The notes under the pieces: model-generated
Database searches by the model: none
What the model was told of the DNA's origin: nothing
Seen by the model: only the letters and a program-made list of their open reading frames with translations
Assembly: GCA_045596945.1 (NCBI GenBank)
Contig: JAZODL010000199.1
Span: forward strand, 1,143-65,142
Direction: 5' to 3'
DNA length: 64,000 nt
Origin: Candidatus Methanomethylophilaceae archaeon
GTDB lineage: Archaea; Thermoplasmatota; Thermoplasmata; Methanomassiliicoccales; Methanomethylophilaceae
In this document: in pieces, positions 13,280-22,899 of the stretch
Layout of the letters: each line of letters starts with the position of its first letter
How positions within the stretch are numbered: position 1 is the first letter of the stretch
Translations under genes and position numbers: made by a program

Positions 13280-13723
13280 ATGGCAATCAAAATCACACAG
13301 TGGGAGTACAGCGATGAAATCGAGCAGCCCGACGTGCCCGTCGAGGAGGGAGACAGATACCTCTTCGTCAGGAACGCGTACCTGACCGACGACAAGGTCT
13401 ACATCATCAGCTTCAAGGACCTCCAGAACGAGGCGGAATTCACCATCAAGCACAAGATGAATAAGGCCGACGACAACGGCAACATCGTACGTAACAACAA
13501 GGCACGTGGGACCCTCGTCACCCTCGGTCACGCGATTCTCGGCACCGAGAAGGGAGTGCCACACCCCGACGACATCATCGGAGGCGTCTGCCACGCGGAG
13601 ATCAAGCTCAACGAGTTCAAGGGTAAGATGTACCCCAACATCTACAAGTACGAGCCCGTGAACTATGAGTGGTCCCTCCTCGGAACCATGGAGGAGCAGT
13701 ACTACGAGGAAGACGAGGAGTGA
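13280..13723 (+). CDS. putative ssDNA-binding protein (DUF669-like)
   Basis: Position after the recombination genes, OB-like composition, acidic tail. Confidence 0.45.
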   Translation: MAIKITQWEYSDEIEQPDVPVEEGDRYLFVRNAYLTDDKVYIISFKDLQNEAEFTIKHKMNKADDNGNIVRNNKARGTLVTLGHAILGTEKGVPHPDDIIGGVCHAEIKLNEFKGKMYPNIYKYEPVNYEWSLLGTMEEQYYEEDEE

Positions 13724-13728
13724 TTCCC

Positions 13729-14058
13729 ATGGATTGCGACGGTGTGTACACACGCACCCGTAAACTGGTCAAGGCGGGGAACTCCTGTTCATTCACCCTC
13801 AACTCCAGCTGGCCCTTCGAGGTGGACGACCTGGTCCAGGTCCAGGTATCGGTTCCCACCGATCCCGATGTGGTCTACACCGAGACCCTGAAGGTGTGCT
13901 TCAGGGCCAACAACAGAATCGTGCACGTGCCGCACGATTGGGGGTTCGAGGCTGGACAGGTGGTGACCCTGGCCGTGCTGGGAGTAGTCAGGAAGGCGAA
14001 CACCAATGCCGAAGACGCCAGAAGGTCGGTTGAAAGAAGAGTTGAAGAGGTATCTTGA
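13729..14058 (+). CDS. AbrB/MazE-like DNA-binding protein
   Basis: RKLVKAGNSCSFTL plus a second HVPHDWGFEAGQVV repeat. Confidence 0.5.
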   Translation: MDCDGVYTRTRKLVKAGNSCSFTLNSSWPFEVDDLVQVQVSVPTDPDVVYTETLKVCFRANNRIVHVPHDWGFEAGQVVTLAVLGVVRKANTNAEDARRSVERRVEEVS

Positions 14059-14323
14059 CTCTCTGGAGGGAGTCACATGGTTCATGGTGCCCGGGCGTGC
14101 CAGCGGTACGCTCGGTGCACCTGACATAATCCTGTGTGTCGACGGGAGGTTCGTGGGGGTGGAGGCCAAGACCCCTACGGGCAAGTTGACGGGATTCCAG
14201 ATAACACGTAAGATACAGATAGAGAGGAGCGGAGGAGTCGACCTGGTGGTAAGGAGCATCGACCAGCTCCGCGATCAGATAGAGGAGTTGAGAAGCGAAT
14301 GGGCAAGAGAGGAAGAGCGATGA
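14006..14323 (+). CDS. VRR-NUC domain nuclease (Holliday junction resolvase-like)
   Basis: TPEGRLK...GAPDII...VEAKTPTGKLTGFQ. Confidence 0.8.
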   Translation: MPKTPEGRLKEELKRYLDSLEGVTWFMVPGRASGTLGAPDIILCVDGRFVGVEAKTPTGKLTGFQITRKIQIERSGGVDLVVRSIDQLRDQIEELRSEWAREEER

Positions 14324-14601
14324 GACAGAACAAGACGATTGTACCCGAGGAGGTCGCACCCGAGACCCCGGAGATCCCTGATGTTCAGGAGACCCGGGAG
14401 ACGGAGGAGGTCTCCCTCACCATGGGGATGATTCCCGAGACCATAGGATTCAGCATACACGAGTCCACGGTCGCGGACGCACCCCCCTTCATCCTGCTGT
14501 CCTTCAAGAGGCTGGACGGGGTCCCCTGCGATGTCCTCCTGACCGAGGACATCGTCAGGCAACTCGCCGACCAGTGCGGTCAGGTACTGGAGAAGCTCTG
14601 A
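14320..14601 (+). CDS. hypothetical protein
   Basis: ATGA coupling; last gene before a hairpin/T-tract. Confidence 0.55.
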   Translation: MRQNKTIVPEEVAPETPEIPDVQETRETEEVSLTMGMIPETIGFSIHESTVADAPPFILLSFKRLDGVPCDVLLTEDIVRQLADQCGQVLEKL

Positions 14602-14610
14602 AACCCTTCA

Positions 14611-14636
14611 GGGGGCGTGAGCCCCCATCTTTTTTT
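14611..14636 (+). terminator. GC hairpin + T-tract terminator
   Basis: GGGGGC-gtga-GCCCCC followed by T7. Confidence 0.6.
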
Positions 14637-14660
14637 AACATAGTCCTCCATACTGAACAC

Positions 14661-15389
14661 ATGACCTACACGGATTCCATCGAGCCGAGGTACTGCACCG
14701 TGGAGGACGTGGAGGAAACCCTCAGTCTTCCCTCCAGGACGGACCCTATGGGCATATTCCGTTTCACCGATGTGTCCAATCCTTCATACGACCGTGTCTG
14801 CAAGCTCATCATAGGGGCGGAGAACGTCATAGACGGGCGCGCCCGCAAATCGTGGAGGACCAATCGCGTGGTCAACCATGTGACCTCCATCAAGACGTAC
14901 TGGCACGACCTGTCGGGTATGAGGATAGGATACGCCACGCACGGGGGGGACTACGTCCAACTCAGGAAGGACGTCCTCCCGTGGGACCCCGAGAAGGGGG
15001 ACAAGCTGGAGGTGAGGTTCTACGGTATGAACAACTGGTCCGATATAACCGAGTCGGGGGGCAAGGACCAGGGGGGGATGTTCTGGTTCGACTACCATAT
15101 GGGGAAGATGTACATGCGCACCCGTCTGTACCAGCCCAAGATTGATGCGGTACGCATCACGTACAGGTGGGGTACCGAGGATGAGGAGATCCCCTGGGAT
15201 GTGAACCGTCTCGCATGTCTGCACGTGGCATCGCAGATAATCAACGGAGGAATCTACGACATCAAGGTCGGGATGGGCGGCGACATCGCGGGGATAAAGG
15301 ACAGCCTCCTCCGCAACTGGCAGGCCGAGATGGGGGAGATATACTCCAGGATACAGTGCTCGGGTGCGGTCCACTCCATGCTGGGGTGA
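14661..15389 (+). CDS. head-tail adaptor protein
   Basis: YCTVEDV...AENVID...VRITYRWG...IPWDV pattern; first gene of the tail module. Confidence 0.6.
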   Translation: MTYTDSIEPRYCTVEDVEETLSLPSRTDPMGIFRFTDVSNPSYDRVCKLIIGAENVIDGRARKSWRTNRVVNHVTSIKTYWHDLSGMRIGYATHGGDYVQLRKDVLPWDPEKGDKLEVRFYGMNNWSDITESGGKDQGGMFWFDYHMGKMYMRTRLYQPKIDAVRITYRWGTEDEEIPWDVNRLACLHVASQIINGGIYDIKVGMGGDIAGIKDSLLRNWQAEMGEIYSRIQCSGAVHSMLG

Positions 15390-15408
15390 TGATCTGGACA
15401 ACAACAGG

Positions 15409-15960
15409 ATGTTCATGCCGGTCCCCGAGACCCATATGTTCCAGGACGACAGGAAGATGATGGCCGAGCTCATCAGGGACGAGTGGTCCCTCGGAATAGG
15501 CAGGGACCCACTCATAGAGTACAATGCCGACAAGTACCTGATGGATTCCCGCTACGGCTCCATATTCATATACTACATCAACCGCAGCCCCCGTGTCTCG
15601 TCCGTGGACTACAACACCCTCCACAGGATATGCAACATGTCCTTCAGGGTGAGCTCCCCGGTCTACGACTACCATGCGGAGATATGCGAGGAGATGTACA
15701 GGATACTCCTGGCCAACAGACGCGCCGCGGCCAAACTGTCCCCGTACACGTTCCTGGAGATAACCAACGAACGTCACTCCAACGACCTGTCAGGGTACTA
15801 TGGGACCACCATATCCATCAGGCTCACGGGATATGCGACGCCCATTATGTCCGCAGGGTTCGGGGACGAGGTGAACAACACCATCATGAACCCCGTGGAC
15901 ATGAGCTGTCCGGAGCAGATGCCACACGGGCCCTGGGACGGTCGTGCATGCGGCAGATAA
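15409..15960 (+). CDS. putative tail terminator/completion protein
   Basis: Size and position immediately before the tail tube gene; start uncertain. Confidence 0.4.
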   Translation: MFMPVPETHMFQDDRKMMAELIRDEWSLGIGRDPLIEYNADKYLMDSRYGSIFIYYINRSPRVSSVDYNTLHRICNMSFRVSSPVYDYHAEICEEMYRILLANRRAAAKLSPYTFLEITNERHSNDLSGYYGTTISIRLTGYATPIMSAGFGDEVNNTIMNPVDMSCPEQMPHGPWDGRACGR

Positions 15961-15990
15961 TTTAAGAATCCATGAACCCATGATAGTCGC

Positions 15991-17250
15991 ATGAGCGGTA
16001 TCAGACAGGGATTCTGTTTCTGTCGTGAGAGGACATTCAGGGGAGGTAAGGACGAGGAGGATTTCTGGATCGCCCCTCCCCCCGGCTCCTTCCTGTCCAC
16101 GACCCACAACAGGACAACGAACAAGCTATACACGACCGGTTCCAAATTCTACGACACCGTGGCCTACGGCCAGGTGTCGGGCTCATGGGAATGGACGTTC
16201 GTGTTCGATTACGAGTACATCGAACCTTTCCTCCTGGCCCTGGAATCCGCGGAATGCATATCCTATGAGGGTAAAGCGTATGCAGACTACACGCTTACCA
16301 AGTCCAACAACACCCGTCTGCCTTCTTTCTGCATACGTAGGAAGATCCTCAACGACATGGCCGGGCGTGGTGGTCAGGACGAGGAGACCATCCTGTACGG
16401 GTGTGTGGTCAAGGCCCTGAGGTTCTCCAAGACCTCGGGGGGCTCCCAGATAAACGTCACCATGACGGGGTTCTACGCGTATGAGGAGACTGTGCTCGGA
16501 GACCTGGTGGCCACGGACTACATGAAGTACACCGGAAGCCTGGTCGAGTTCTCATGCATGTTCATATCCTCAATCGCCAACAGCAACTACGTCGCCCACA
16601 CGGAGTCCCTGACCATAGGGGTCGAGAACTCCGCAGGAGCCGTCACACCGGTGTGCACTCCCTTCGCATCCACCTACTACGAGGGACAGACATCCATCAC
16701 ATTCGGAACGACCTGTTACTCCAACGACCCCGAGAGATACAAGATGAGGGTGTACGGGGGAGGGGAGCGTGCTACAGGCGTGCCTATCGACAACACCGGC
16801 AAGACCCTGTACAGGCCCAGGTCCAAGGGCATGAAGCCCATCGACAGGGTCCTACTGGCATCCTACAACGGAACGGCCGATGGTTTCGACAATGACGTTG
16901 CCACGGTATACGGGAGCTCCGACCGCAGGATATGCATCATCCTGGACGATGTGGTCATCAAGTCCCTGACATGGCAGAAGGGAGACGGAAGCAAACTTCA
17001 GGACCAGATCAACTCCACCGAATGCCGTACGTTCACCCTGGAGATCAGGAGTGGCAACACCGCAGGCATAGAGGATATATGGGGTGAAGCCAATCCCCAT
17101 GGGATCCCCGGATCAGGCAAGGTCTCCGAGACGCCCGGTTCAGCCGGGGGCTCGGGCTCCCAGGATGCAACGGATGACACGAGGTCCTCGGACACCTCCG
17201 TGGACAGCGGTTCTTCCGATGCTAACGGAGAGGCCTTGGGGGGAGAATGA
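15991..17250 (+). CDS. major tail tube protein
   Basis: Beta-rich, upstream of the frameshifted chaperone and tape measure. Confidence 0.6.
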   Translation: MSGIRQGFCFCRERTFRGGKDEEDFWIAPPPGSFLSTTHNRTTNKLYTTGSKFYDTVAYGQVSGSWEWTFVFDYEYIEPFLLALESAECISYEGKAYADYTLTKSNNTRLPSFCIRRKILNDMAGRGGQDEETILYGCVVKALRFSKTSGGSQINVTMTGFYAYEETVLGDLVATDYMKYTGSLVEFSCMFISSIANSNYVAHTESLTIGVENSAGAVTPVCTPFASTYYEGQTSITFGTTCYSNDPERYKMRVYGGGERATGVPIDNTGKTLYRPRSKGMKPIDRVLLASYNGTADGFDNDVATVYGSSDRRICIILDDVVIKSLTWQKGDGSKLQDQINSTECRTFTLEIRSGNTAGIEDIWGEANPHGIPGSGKVSETPGSAGGSGSQDATDDTRSSDTSVDSGSSDANGEALGGE

Positions 17251-17259
17251 GGTATTGAC

Positions 17260-17634
17260 ATGGACATAAGACCGAGAATCACGATTGATCTGACAGCGTT
17301 CGGCAAGGAGGGGGCGATTGTTCTCGCCCCACCCACCTTCCGCAGGACACAGGAACTCTCCAACAGGCTCGCCGTGATCGGACAGGGTGGCGAAATCATC
17401 AAGGTATCGCCCGGTGAGGCGTACGTCCTGAGCGTCCTGTCCTATGTGGAGTCGGGACCGTTCGGACTGGACTACGACGAATTCATGGACTACTGCGACG
17501 AACTGGACGAGCTCAGGCTCGGTTCCGCGAAGGAACTGTTCTCCAGTATGGAGAAGGCGGTCAGGGAACTGGACACCCAGGTGGTGTCCCCTTTTGCGGG
17601 CTCACCCTCAGCGGAGATCGCGAATTCGGTCTGA
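17260..17634 (+). CDS. tail assembly chaperone (lambda gpG-like)
   Basis: Between tube and tape measure; slippery C CCT TTT near the 3' end. Confidence 0.65.
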   Translation: MDIRPRITIDLTAFGKEGAIVLAPPTFRRTQELSNRLAVIGQGGEIIKVSPGEAYVLSVLSYVESGPFGLDYDEFMDYCDELDELRLGSAKELFSSMEKAVRELDTQVVSPFAGSPSAEIANSV

Positions 17635-17849
17635 GGCTGTACGACGAGGCCCTGGTCAAGGGTCTGGACCTCCATGGGGACATGGTCACCCTGTACGCGT
17701 ACGGGGTGTACCTGTCCAACGGAGGGAGACATGAGGATTTCATGGATTTCACCGAAGAGGATGTCCAGATACTCGCCACCACCCATATGGCGATGAGGAA
17801 ACGCGAAATGTACAGCATGTCCCGCATGTTCGGAGCAGAGGAGCAGTGA
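17589..17849 (+). CDS. -1 frameshift extension of the tail chaperone (gpGT-like)
   Basis: CCCTTTT at 17589-17595; the -1 frame is open to TGA 17847-17849, just before the tape measure ATG. Confidence 0.65.
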   Translation, partial: PFCGLTLSGDREFGLRLYDEALVKGLDLHGDMVTLYAYGVYLSNGGRHEDFMDFTEEDVQILATTHMAMRKREMYSMSRMFGAEEQ

Positions 17850-17853
17850 GCCG

Positions 17854-19125
17854 ATGGCATCAGAGGATTACATCGTGAGGGTTGTCCTCAGACCCGATCT
17901 GGATAAGGAGGCTCTGAGGAGCGCGTTCGAGGAGACCCTCTCGGATATCAGGGTCAGGATATCGCCCGAGGTGGAGCAGGAGTATGTGGACTCCATCATG
18001 TCCGAGGACGACCCCGAGCGCAGGGCGGAGATTCTCAGGGAGATTCTTGCCGAAATCAGGAACGGCAACAGATCGGGCGAAAGGTCCAACGCCGCGTTGG
18101 AGGCCGCTGAACAGCACCTCAGGAACGCGGAGGTCGCAAGGGAGGCCCATGGCAGGAACCGCCGTGTGGTGGAGAACAAAGGCCTCCTCGGAGAGACCTC
18201 CGACGTCATGCCTGTGCCGGATGAGGACGAGGAGCGCGGGAGCCGTGCCCTCGAGACACTCAACCGCAACATGGGCCGTGCCGCAGGGTACCTGGCGGAC
18301 GGCACCAAGTTCCTCATGACCAGTTCCTTCGAGCTGGTGGAGGGCATATACAACCAGATGAAGCAGGCCTCCCCCCTGCTCCAGGCGGTGGAGAGCATGT
18401 TCAACCTCGCGGTGCAGCTGTTCTTCATGCCGATGGGCAACAAATTGGGCGAGATCCTCATCCCCGCCACGGTGGATCTCCTCGAGAAGGTCACCGACAT
18501 GTGGGACGCGTTCGAGGGACAGTCACTCGGGGAGATGGTGACCACGGCCATCACCGAGGGCACCAAGGTGTTCGGGGAGTACCTCATCGACATAGGTTCC
18601 ACTCTCTCGGAGGAGCAGGGGATAGTGGGCTCCATAGGCGAGATGTTTGTCACACTCGGTACGTTCATAGAGAGCAACGGAGCCCAGACGCTCAGCGTGG
18701 TCGTGAAGCTCGCCGACTGGGTCCTCAACAACCTCCCCGCGTTCATCCAGTGGTACGTGGCGATGAAGGGTGTCGAGGTGGGATCCCAACTGTTCTCCTC
18801 CATACCCTTGGTGGGATCGCTCATCGGAGGTGTGGTCGGGGGAGCCATGGGTTTCGCGATATCCGATATCGCCATGACCACTCTGGGGGTGCCGGGATAT
18901 GCGGAGGGCGGAGTGGTCCCCGCCACGCCCGGTGGCAGGCTGGTGGTCGTGGGGGAGGGAGGAGAGGACGAGATCATCGTACCCAAGTCCAAACTCGGCA
19001 CGATGGGCGGAACCGTGTACATCACCAACAACTTCTCGGGATACACCCGCGAGGAGTTGATCGACGAGGTCAACCGCATCATCGACAGCCAGATTGCACG
19101 CAGCAGGAGCACGGGAGGGTTCTGA
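17854..19125 (+). CDS. tape measure protein (short)
   Basis: Helical, amphipathic; C-terminal YAEGGVV...VGEGGEDEIIVP motif typical of tape measure proteins. Confidence 0.7.
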   Translation: MASEDYIVRVVLRPDLDKEALRSAFEETLSDIRVRISPEVEQEYVDSIMSEDDPERRAEILREILAEIRNGNRSGERSNAALEAAEQHLRNAEVAREAHGRNRRVVENKGLLGETSDVMPVPDEDEERGSRALETLNRNMGRAAGYLADGTKFLMTSSFELVEGIYNQMKQASPLLQAVESMFNLAVQLFFMPMGNKLGEILIPATVDLLEKVTDMWDAFEGQSLGEMVTTAITEGTKVFGEYLIDIGSTLSEEQGIVGSIGEMFVTLGTFIESNGAQTLSVVVKLADWVLNNLPAFIQWYVAMKGVEVGSQLFSSIPLVGSLIGGVVGGAMGFAISDIAMTTLGVPGYAEGGVVPATPGGRLVVVGEGGEDEIIVPKSKLGTMGGTVYITNNFSGYTREELIDEVNRIIDSQIARSRSTGGF

Positions 19126-22100
19126 TGGCATCCGTATCCACATCCGATGTTTACGTAGAGGCGGGGGAATCGTTCTCCGAGGAGATGTTCTCCGCCGATT
19201 TCACAATCAACACCAAATCGGTCTCCGGGCCAGCCTGGATATCGAACAAGTACAACGGATCCAATTCTGGGATCATCATCTCCGGTACCCCGACCACGGC
19301 GGGGACCTATTCGGTCAGTGCCAGGATCACCGATATCTGGGGGAACTACTCCGATACCACCACCGCCTACATATACGTCTCGGAGAGCTCCAGCGGAGGG
19401 GATGACGGAGGGGGCTCGGGCGGAGATTCGGGAGGGGATTCAGGCGGTGACTCAGGAGGCGATTCCGGAGGAGATGATTCGGGGACCACCGTGGTCGGAT
19501 ACTTCTCCACGGACGGGACGGTCAACTCCAAAGTCTCATCCATCACCATGTCCGTGGGAGCATCCAAGACGGTGTATTACTCTGCATACTTGAACATCAC
19601 GAGTTTCACCTTCACATCGTCCAACACATCCGTGGTGTCGGTCACCAAGACCACATCAGGTACGATATACAAGCGCATCCTGACCCTGAAGGCGACGGGG
19701 AGCGGCACAGCCTATATATCGGCACCCAACGGGGACAGGTTACAGGTCACCGTCGAGAAGGAGGACACGGGCGGGTCCGCCCCCTCCTTCGCAGTGGCGT
19801 CGATCACCATGCAGGTGGACGAGGAGGTGTCCACGTACATCAACCTCAACGGCAACGACATCGGTCTGCTGTCACTGTACTGCGACCCCGAGTCCCTGGT
19901 GCAGATAAAGCAGGGCGACGAGTCCGACACCCGCTGGGACTTCTCGCTCGTGGGCCTCAAGACCGGCACGGGTACGATGCACGTCGAGAACACCGACACA
20001 GGCGAGTCAGACACCATGACCGTCTACGTGGAGACCACGGGTGGAGCGGGGGAGTCCGACGGCCCCATCTCGCTGTCAGGTCCTACCACCGTGCTCCCCG
20101 ATACATGGTACACGTTCAGGGCGACGGGAGGCAACGAGGCGACCATCACATGGACGTCCAACCCCGATGTCGCAGACATAAGCGGAGACGGCAGGACGGC
20201 GGAGATCATGTTCCCGTCCTCATCCAGTGTGCAGTCCGTGGAGATATACGTGTATGATGACGTGGGGTCCGCCCCCGCATCGCTCACGGTCATCGTGGTG
20301 CCACTGGTGGAGTACTACGGGGCCACGGAGAAGACCGTCTCCGTGGGGAAGAACCTGAACACATACATCAGGTACAAACCCGCCTCCGTGGTGGCGAAGT
20401 ACGCCACCCCCTATGTCACAGGAGCCAACCACTGCTCGGTCACGGTCACAGAGGTGGCCTCCGGCTACGTGGATTTCACGTTGCGGGGCCTCACCGAGGG
20501 TACGGACACGCTCGTGTTCTCGGCACCATACGGGGATTCGACCCATACTGTCACCGTGCACGTCGTTCCCCCGGGGGAGGTCACAATCACCTCGTACGAG
20601 TCCCCCATGTACTCCGGGGAGACTCAGACCATCAGGGCGGAGTCCTCCACATGGACGGTGGACACGTGGCTGGTCACCGAGAAGACGGACGTCACGGTCA
20701 TCCAGGAGTCGGACAACCTCTCATGCGATGTCACGGCCACCCTCAGTTCCACAACCGTGGAGGAGGGGGAGTTCACGATCAGGGCATCCCTGGACACGGG
20801 AGAATACGATGAGGTCACCATCGCCGTCCGCAGGGCCCCGTACAGGCTCAGGTTGTCGGGCCCCGTGTCAGCGATCACAGGGGAGAGGGTCACGGTCACC
20901 GCCACCCTAACAGGAGGTACGGGATCCACCGTGGCCCCCTCGGTCAGGTGGTCCCTGGAGGGGGATGACACGACCAAGATCTCCGAGACGTCCTCCACGG
21001 TCACATTCACCAGATCCACCGCAGGATCGGTCCTGGTCTACGCAATCGATGACACGGGGGCGGAATCGTCCCTGTCCATAGGGTTCACGAAGGCCAAGGC
21101 GAAGAAGCAGACGGTCACGTTCGACCCGAACGGAGGTGTGGCCGAGCTGAGGAGCAAGGAGGTGTTCAAGGGGGAGACCGTCCTCCTTCCGTCCGCATAC
21201 CGCGAGGGATACAGACTGTCCGCCTGGACTCCCTCCAGCAGTACCGTGTCCCTCTCGAGGAGTTCCCCCGTGTACGCCGCAGGGTACAGGTACGAGGTCA
21301 CGGAATCGATCACCCTGACCGCGATGTGGGCGCCAGTCTCACAGTCGGAGGTGGATTCGGACTGCTACATACACGTGATGCATGATGATGTGGACCGCAT
21401 CATGCACATGGGTGTAGTGGAGGCCATATCGGATACGGTGACGTCCAGTCTGATCTCCATCCCGACCATGGTGTTCGGTGTGGAGAACAGGTTCCTGTGC
21501 GACCTCGGGAACGTCCGCAGGTTCAACATCACCCTCGTCCGTGTGGCCCCGCCCCATCACGACGACTCCTCGTCCGATGACAGGATGTGGTCCAATGGCA
21601 AGTGGATACGCGAGCTGAAGTCCATCCTGGACTTCTGGCAGAACTTCGGACAGGACCCCCGCACAGGCGAGGTCGTCGGAGGGTTCAGGTTCCGTTTCAG
21701 GCCGCCGTCGGATGCGGCAGAGCTCTACCCCGAGATAGACAAGAACGTCTTCCTGACGGGCGCCATCACCTACTCGTCGGACAGGGACGTGCAGAAGCTG
21801 AGGTACACCCTCCCGCTCACCGTCGCATGCATGAGGGCGGGCTACAAAGGGGATCCCGACATAACCGTCACATACAGCCCCAACGGGGTCGAGGGATCGT
21901 CCTTCTCTCAGAAGGTGTCGTCGTCGACCCGTGCGATTATCTCCAACCCCGACAGCACATGGGCGGACGGCAACCCCCTCAGGATGTTCAAGGGTTGGGC
22001 CATCACGCCGTCGGGAGGTGTCAGGTACACCCCGGGGGAATCTCTGACATTCTCCTCCGACACGGAGCTGTACGCGGTGTGGGATTCGCCGTTGGCGATA

Positions 22101-22895
22101 CACGTGTTCCGCGAGGCGGGGGAGCACACATTCGACATCCCCGCCGGCAACCGCCTAATAGCCTACCTCGTGGGAGGAGGCGGCAGCGGGGGGATGTGGT
22201 ACTCCGGCAAGTTCGCGGAAGCTCCTGCGGGAGGCGCCGGCGGAGCGGGCGAGTACGCCGTGTTCGGTTCCACCGTGGTGTCCGGCACATCAGGGAGGGT
22301 CGTGGTAGGGAAGGGCGGACCGTCCGTGAAGGCATGGAGCATCGACGACGGGAGCGACTACACGAAGGCCGTCTCCAAGAAGGGCAACCCCGGAGGGGCG
22401 ACCAAGCTGTACGTGGACGGAATCCATATAGGCACCGCCAACGGAGGTTCCGGGGGCGGGGTCGGGATATACGACGAGGATACCCACGACCCCCTGGTAT
22501 CGGAGGTCAAAGGGGGCTCGGGATACGGCCCCGGGGGCCCCTCGTCCAGGTTCGGCAAGGGAGGGGACGGCACGGCCGCATCCCCCAACCCCGCGAAGAA
22601 CGCGGGGAAGGGGAAGTGGAGTCAGACCGTGGAGTCCAGGGATGTGGAGATGAGGTACTGGGGAGGCCCCGGAGGGGGCGCATCCGCTCTGGACCAGGTG
22701 TTCGAGGGCATCCGCTACACCTCGTACGGAGGGGACGGAGGGGATTCGACCATTGAGCCCGGCGTAGGCGTGCTGGGAGGAGGCGGCGGGTCGGGTCCCG
22801 TGCACCTGGTACCCACCAGTGGCACGGTGTACCCCGCGGCGGACAGCGGGAGAGGGGGCGACGGGTTCGCCCTGATAGCGGTATTCAACTGGTGA
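19125..22895 (+). CDS. multidomain tail protein: Ig-like repeats, InlB-B/Listeria-Bacteroides repeats, Dit-like domain, Gly-rich C-terminus
   Basis: Start MASVSTSD; VTFDPNGG...LPSAYREGYRLSAW...LTAMW repeat; LVGGGGSGG...GGAGGAG. Confidence 0.65.
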   Translation: MASVSTSDVYVEAGESFSEEMFSADFTINTKSVSGPAWISNKYNGSNSGIIISGTPTTAGTYSVSARITDIWGNYSDTTTAYIYVSESSSGGDDGGGSGGDSGGDSGGDSGGDSGGDDSGTTVVGYFSTDGTVNSKVSSITMSVGASKTVYYSAYLNITSFTFTSSNTSVVSVTKTTSGTIYKRILTLKATGSGTAYISAPNGDRLQVTVEKEDTGGSAPSFAVASITMQVDEEVSTYINLNGNDIGLLSLYCDPESLVQIKQGDESDTRWDFSLVGLKTGTGTMHVENTDTGESDTMTVYVETTGGAGESDGPISLSGPTTVLPDTWYTFRATGGNEATITWTSNPDVADISGDGRTAEIMFPSSSSVQSVEIYVYDDVGSAPASLTVIVVPLVEYYGATEKTVSVGKNLNTYIRYKPASVVAKYATPYVTGANHCSVTVTEVASGYVDFTLRGLTEGTDTLVFSAPYGDSTHTVTVHVVPPGEVTITSYESPMYSGETQTIRAESSTWTVDTWLVTEKTDVTVIQESDNLSCDVTATLSSTTVEEGEFTIRASLDTGEYDEVTIAVRRAPYRLRLSGPVSAITGERVTVTATLTGGTGSTVAPSVRWSLEGDDTTKISETSSTVTFTRSTAGSVLVYAIDDTGAESSLSIGFTKAKAKKQTVTFDPNGGVAELRSKEVFKGETVLLPSAYREGYRLSAWTPSSSTVSLSRSSPVYAAGYRYEVTESITLTAMWAPVSQSEVDSDCYIHVMHDDVDRIMHMGVVEAISDTVTSSLISIPTMVFGVENRFLCDLGNVRRFNITLVRVAPPHHDDSSSDDRMWSNGKWIRELKSILDFWQNFGQDPRTGEVVGGFRFRFRPPSDAAELYPEIDKNVFLTGAITYSSDRDVQKLRYTLPLTVACMRAGYKGDPDITVTYSPNGVEGSSFSQKVSSSTRAIISNPDSTWADGNPLRMFKGWAITPSGGVRYTPGESLTFSSDTELYAVWDSPLAIHVFREAGEHTFDIPAGNRLIAYLVGGGGSGGMWYSGKFAEAPAGGAGGAGEYAVFGSTVVSGTSGRVVVGKGGPSVKAWSIDDGSDYTKAVSKKGNPGGATKLYVDGIHIGTANGGSGGGVGIYDEDTHDPLVSEVKGGSGYGPGGPSSRFGKGGDGTAASPNPAKNAGKGKWSQTVESRDVEMRYWGGPGGGASALDQVFEGIRYTSYGGDGGDSTIEPGVGVLGGGGGSGPVHLVPTSGTVYPAADSGRGGDGFALIAVFNW
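19393..19484 (+). repeat. GGDS tetrapeptide tandem repeat linker
   Basis: GGDDGGGSGGDSGGDSGGDSGGDSGGDDSG. Confidence 0.75.
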
Positions 22896-22899
22896 TAGG

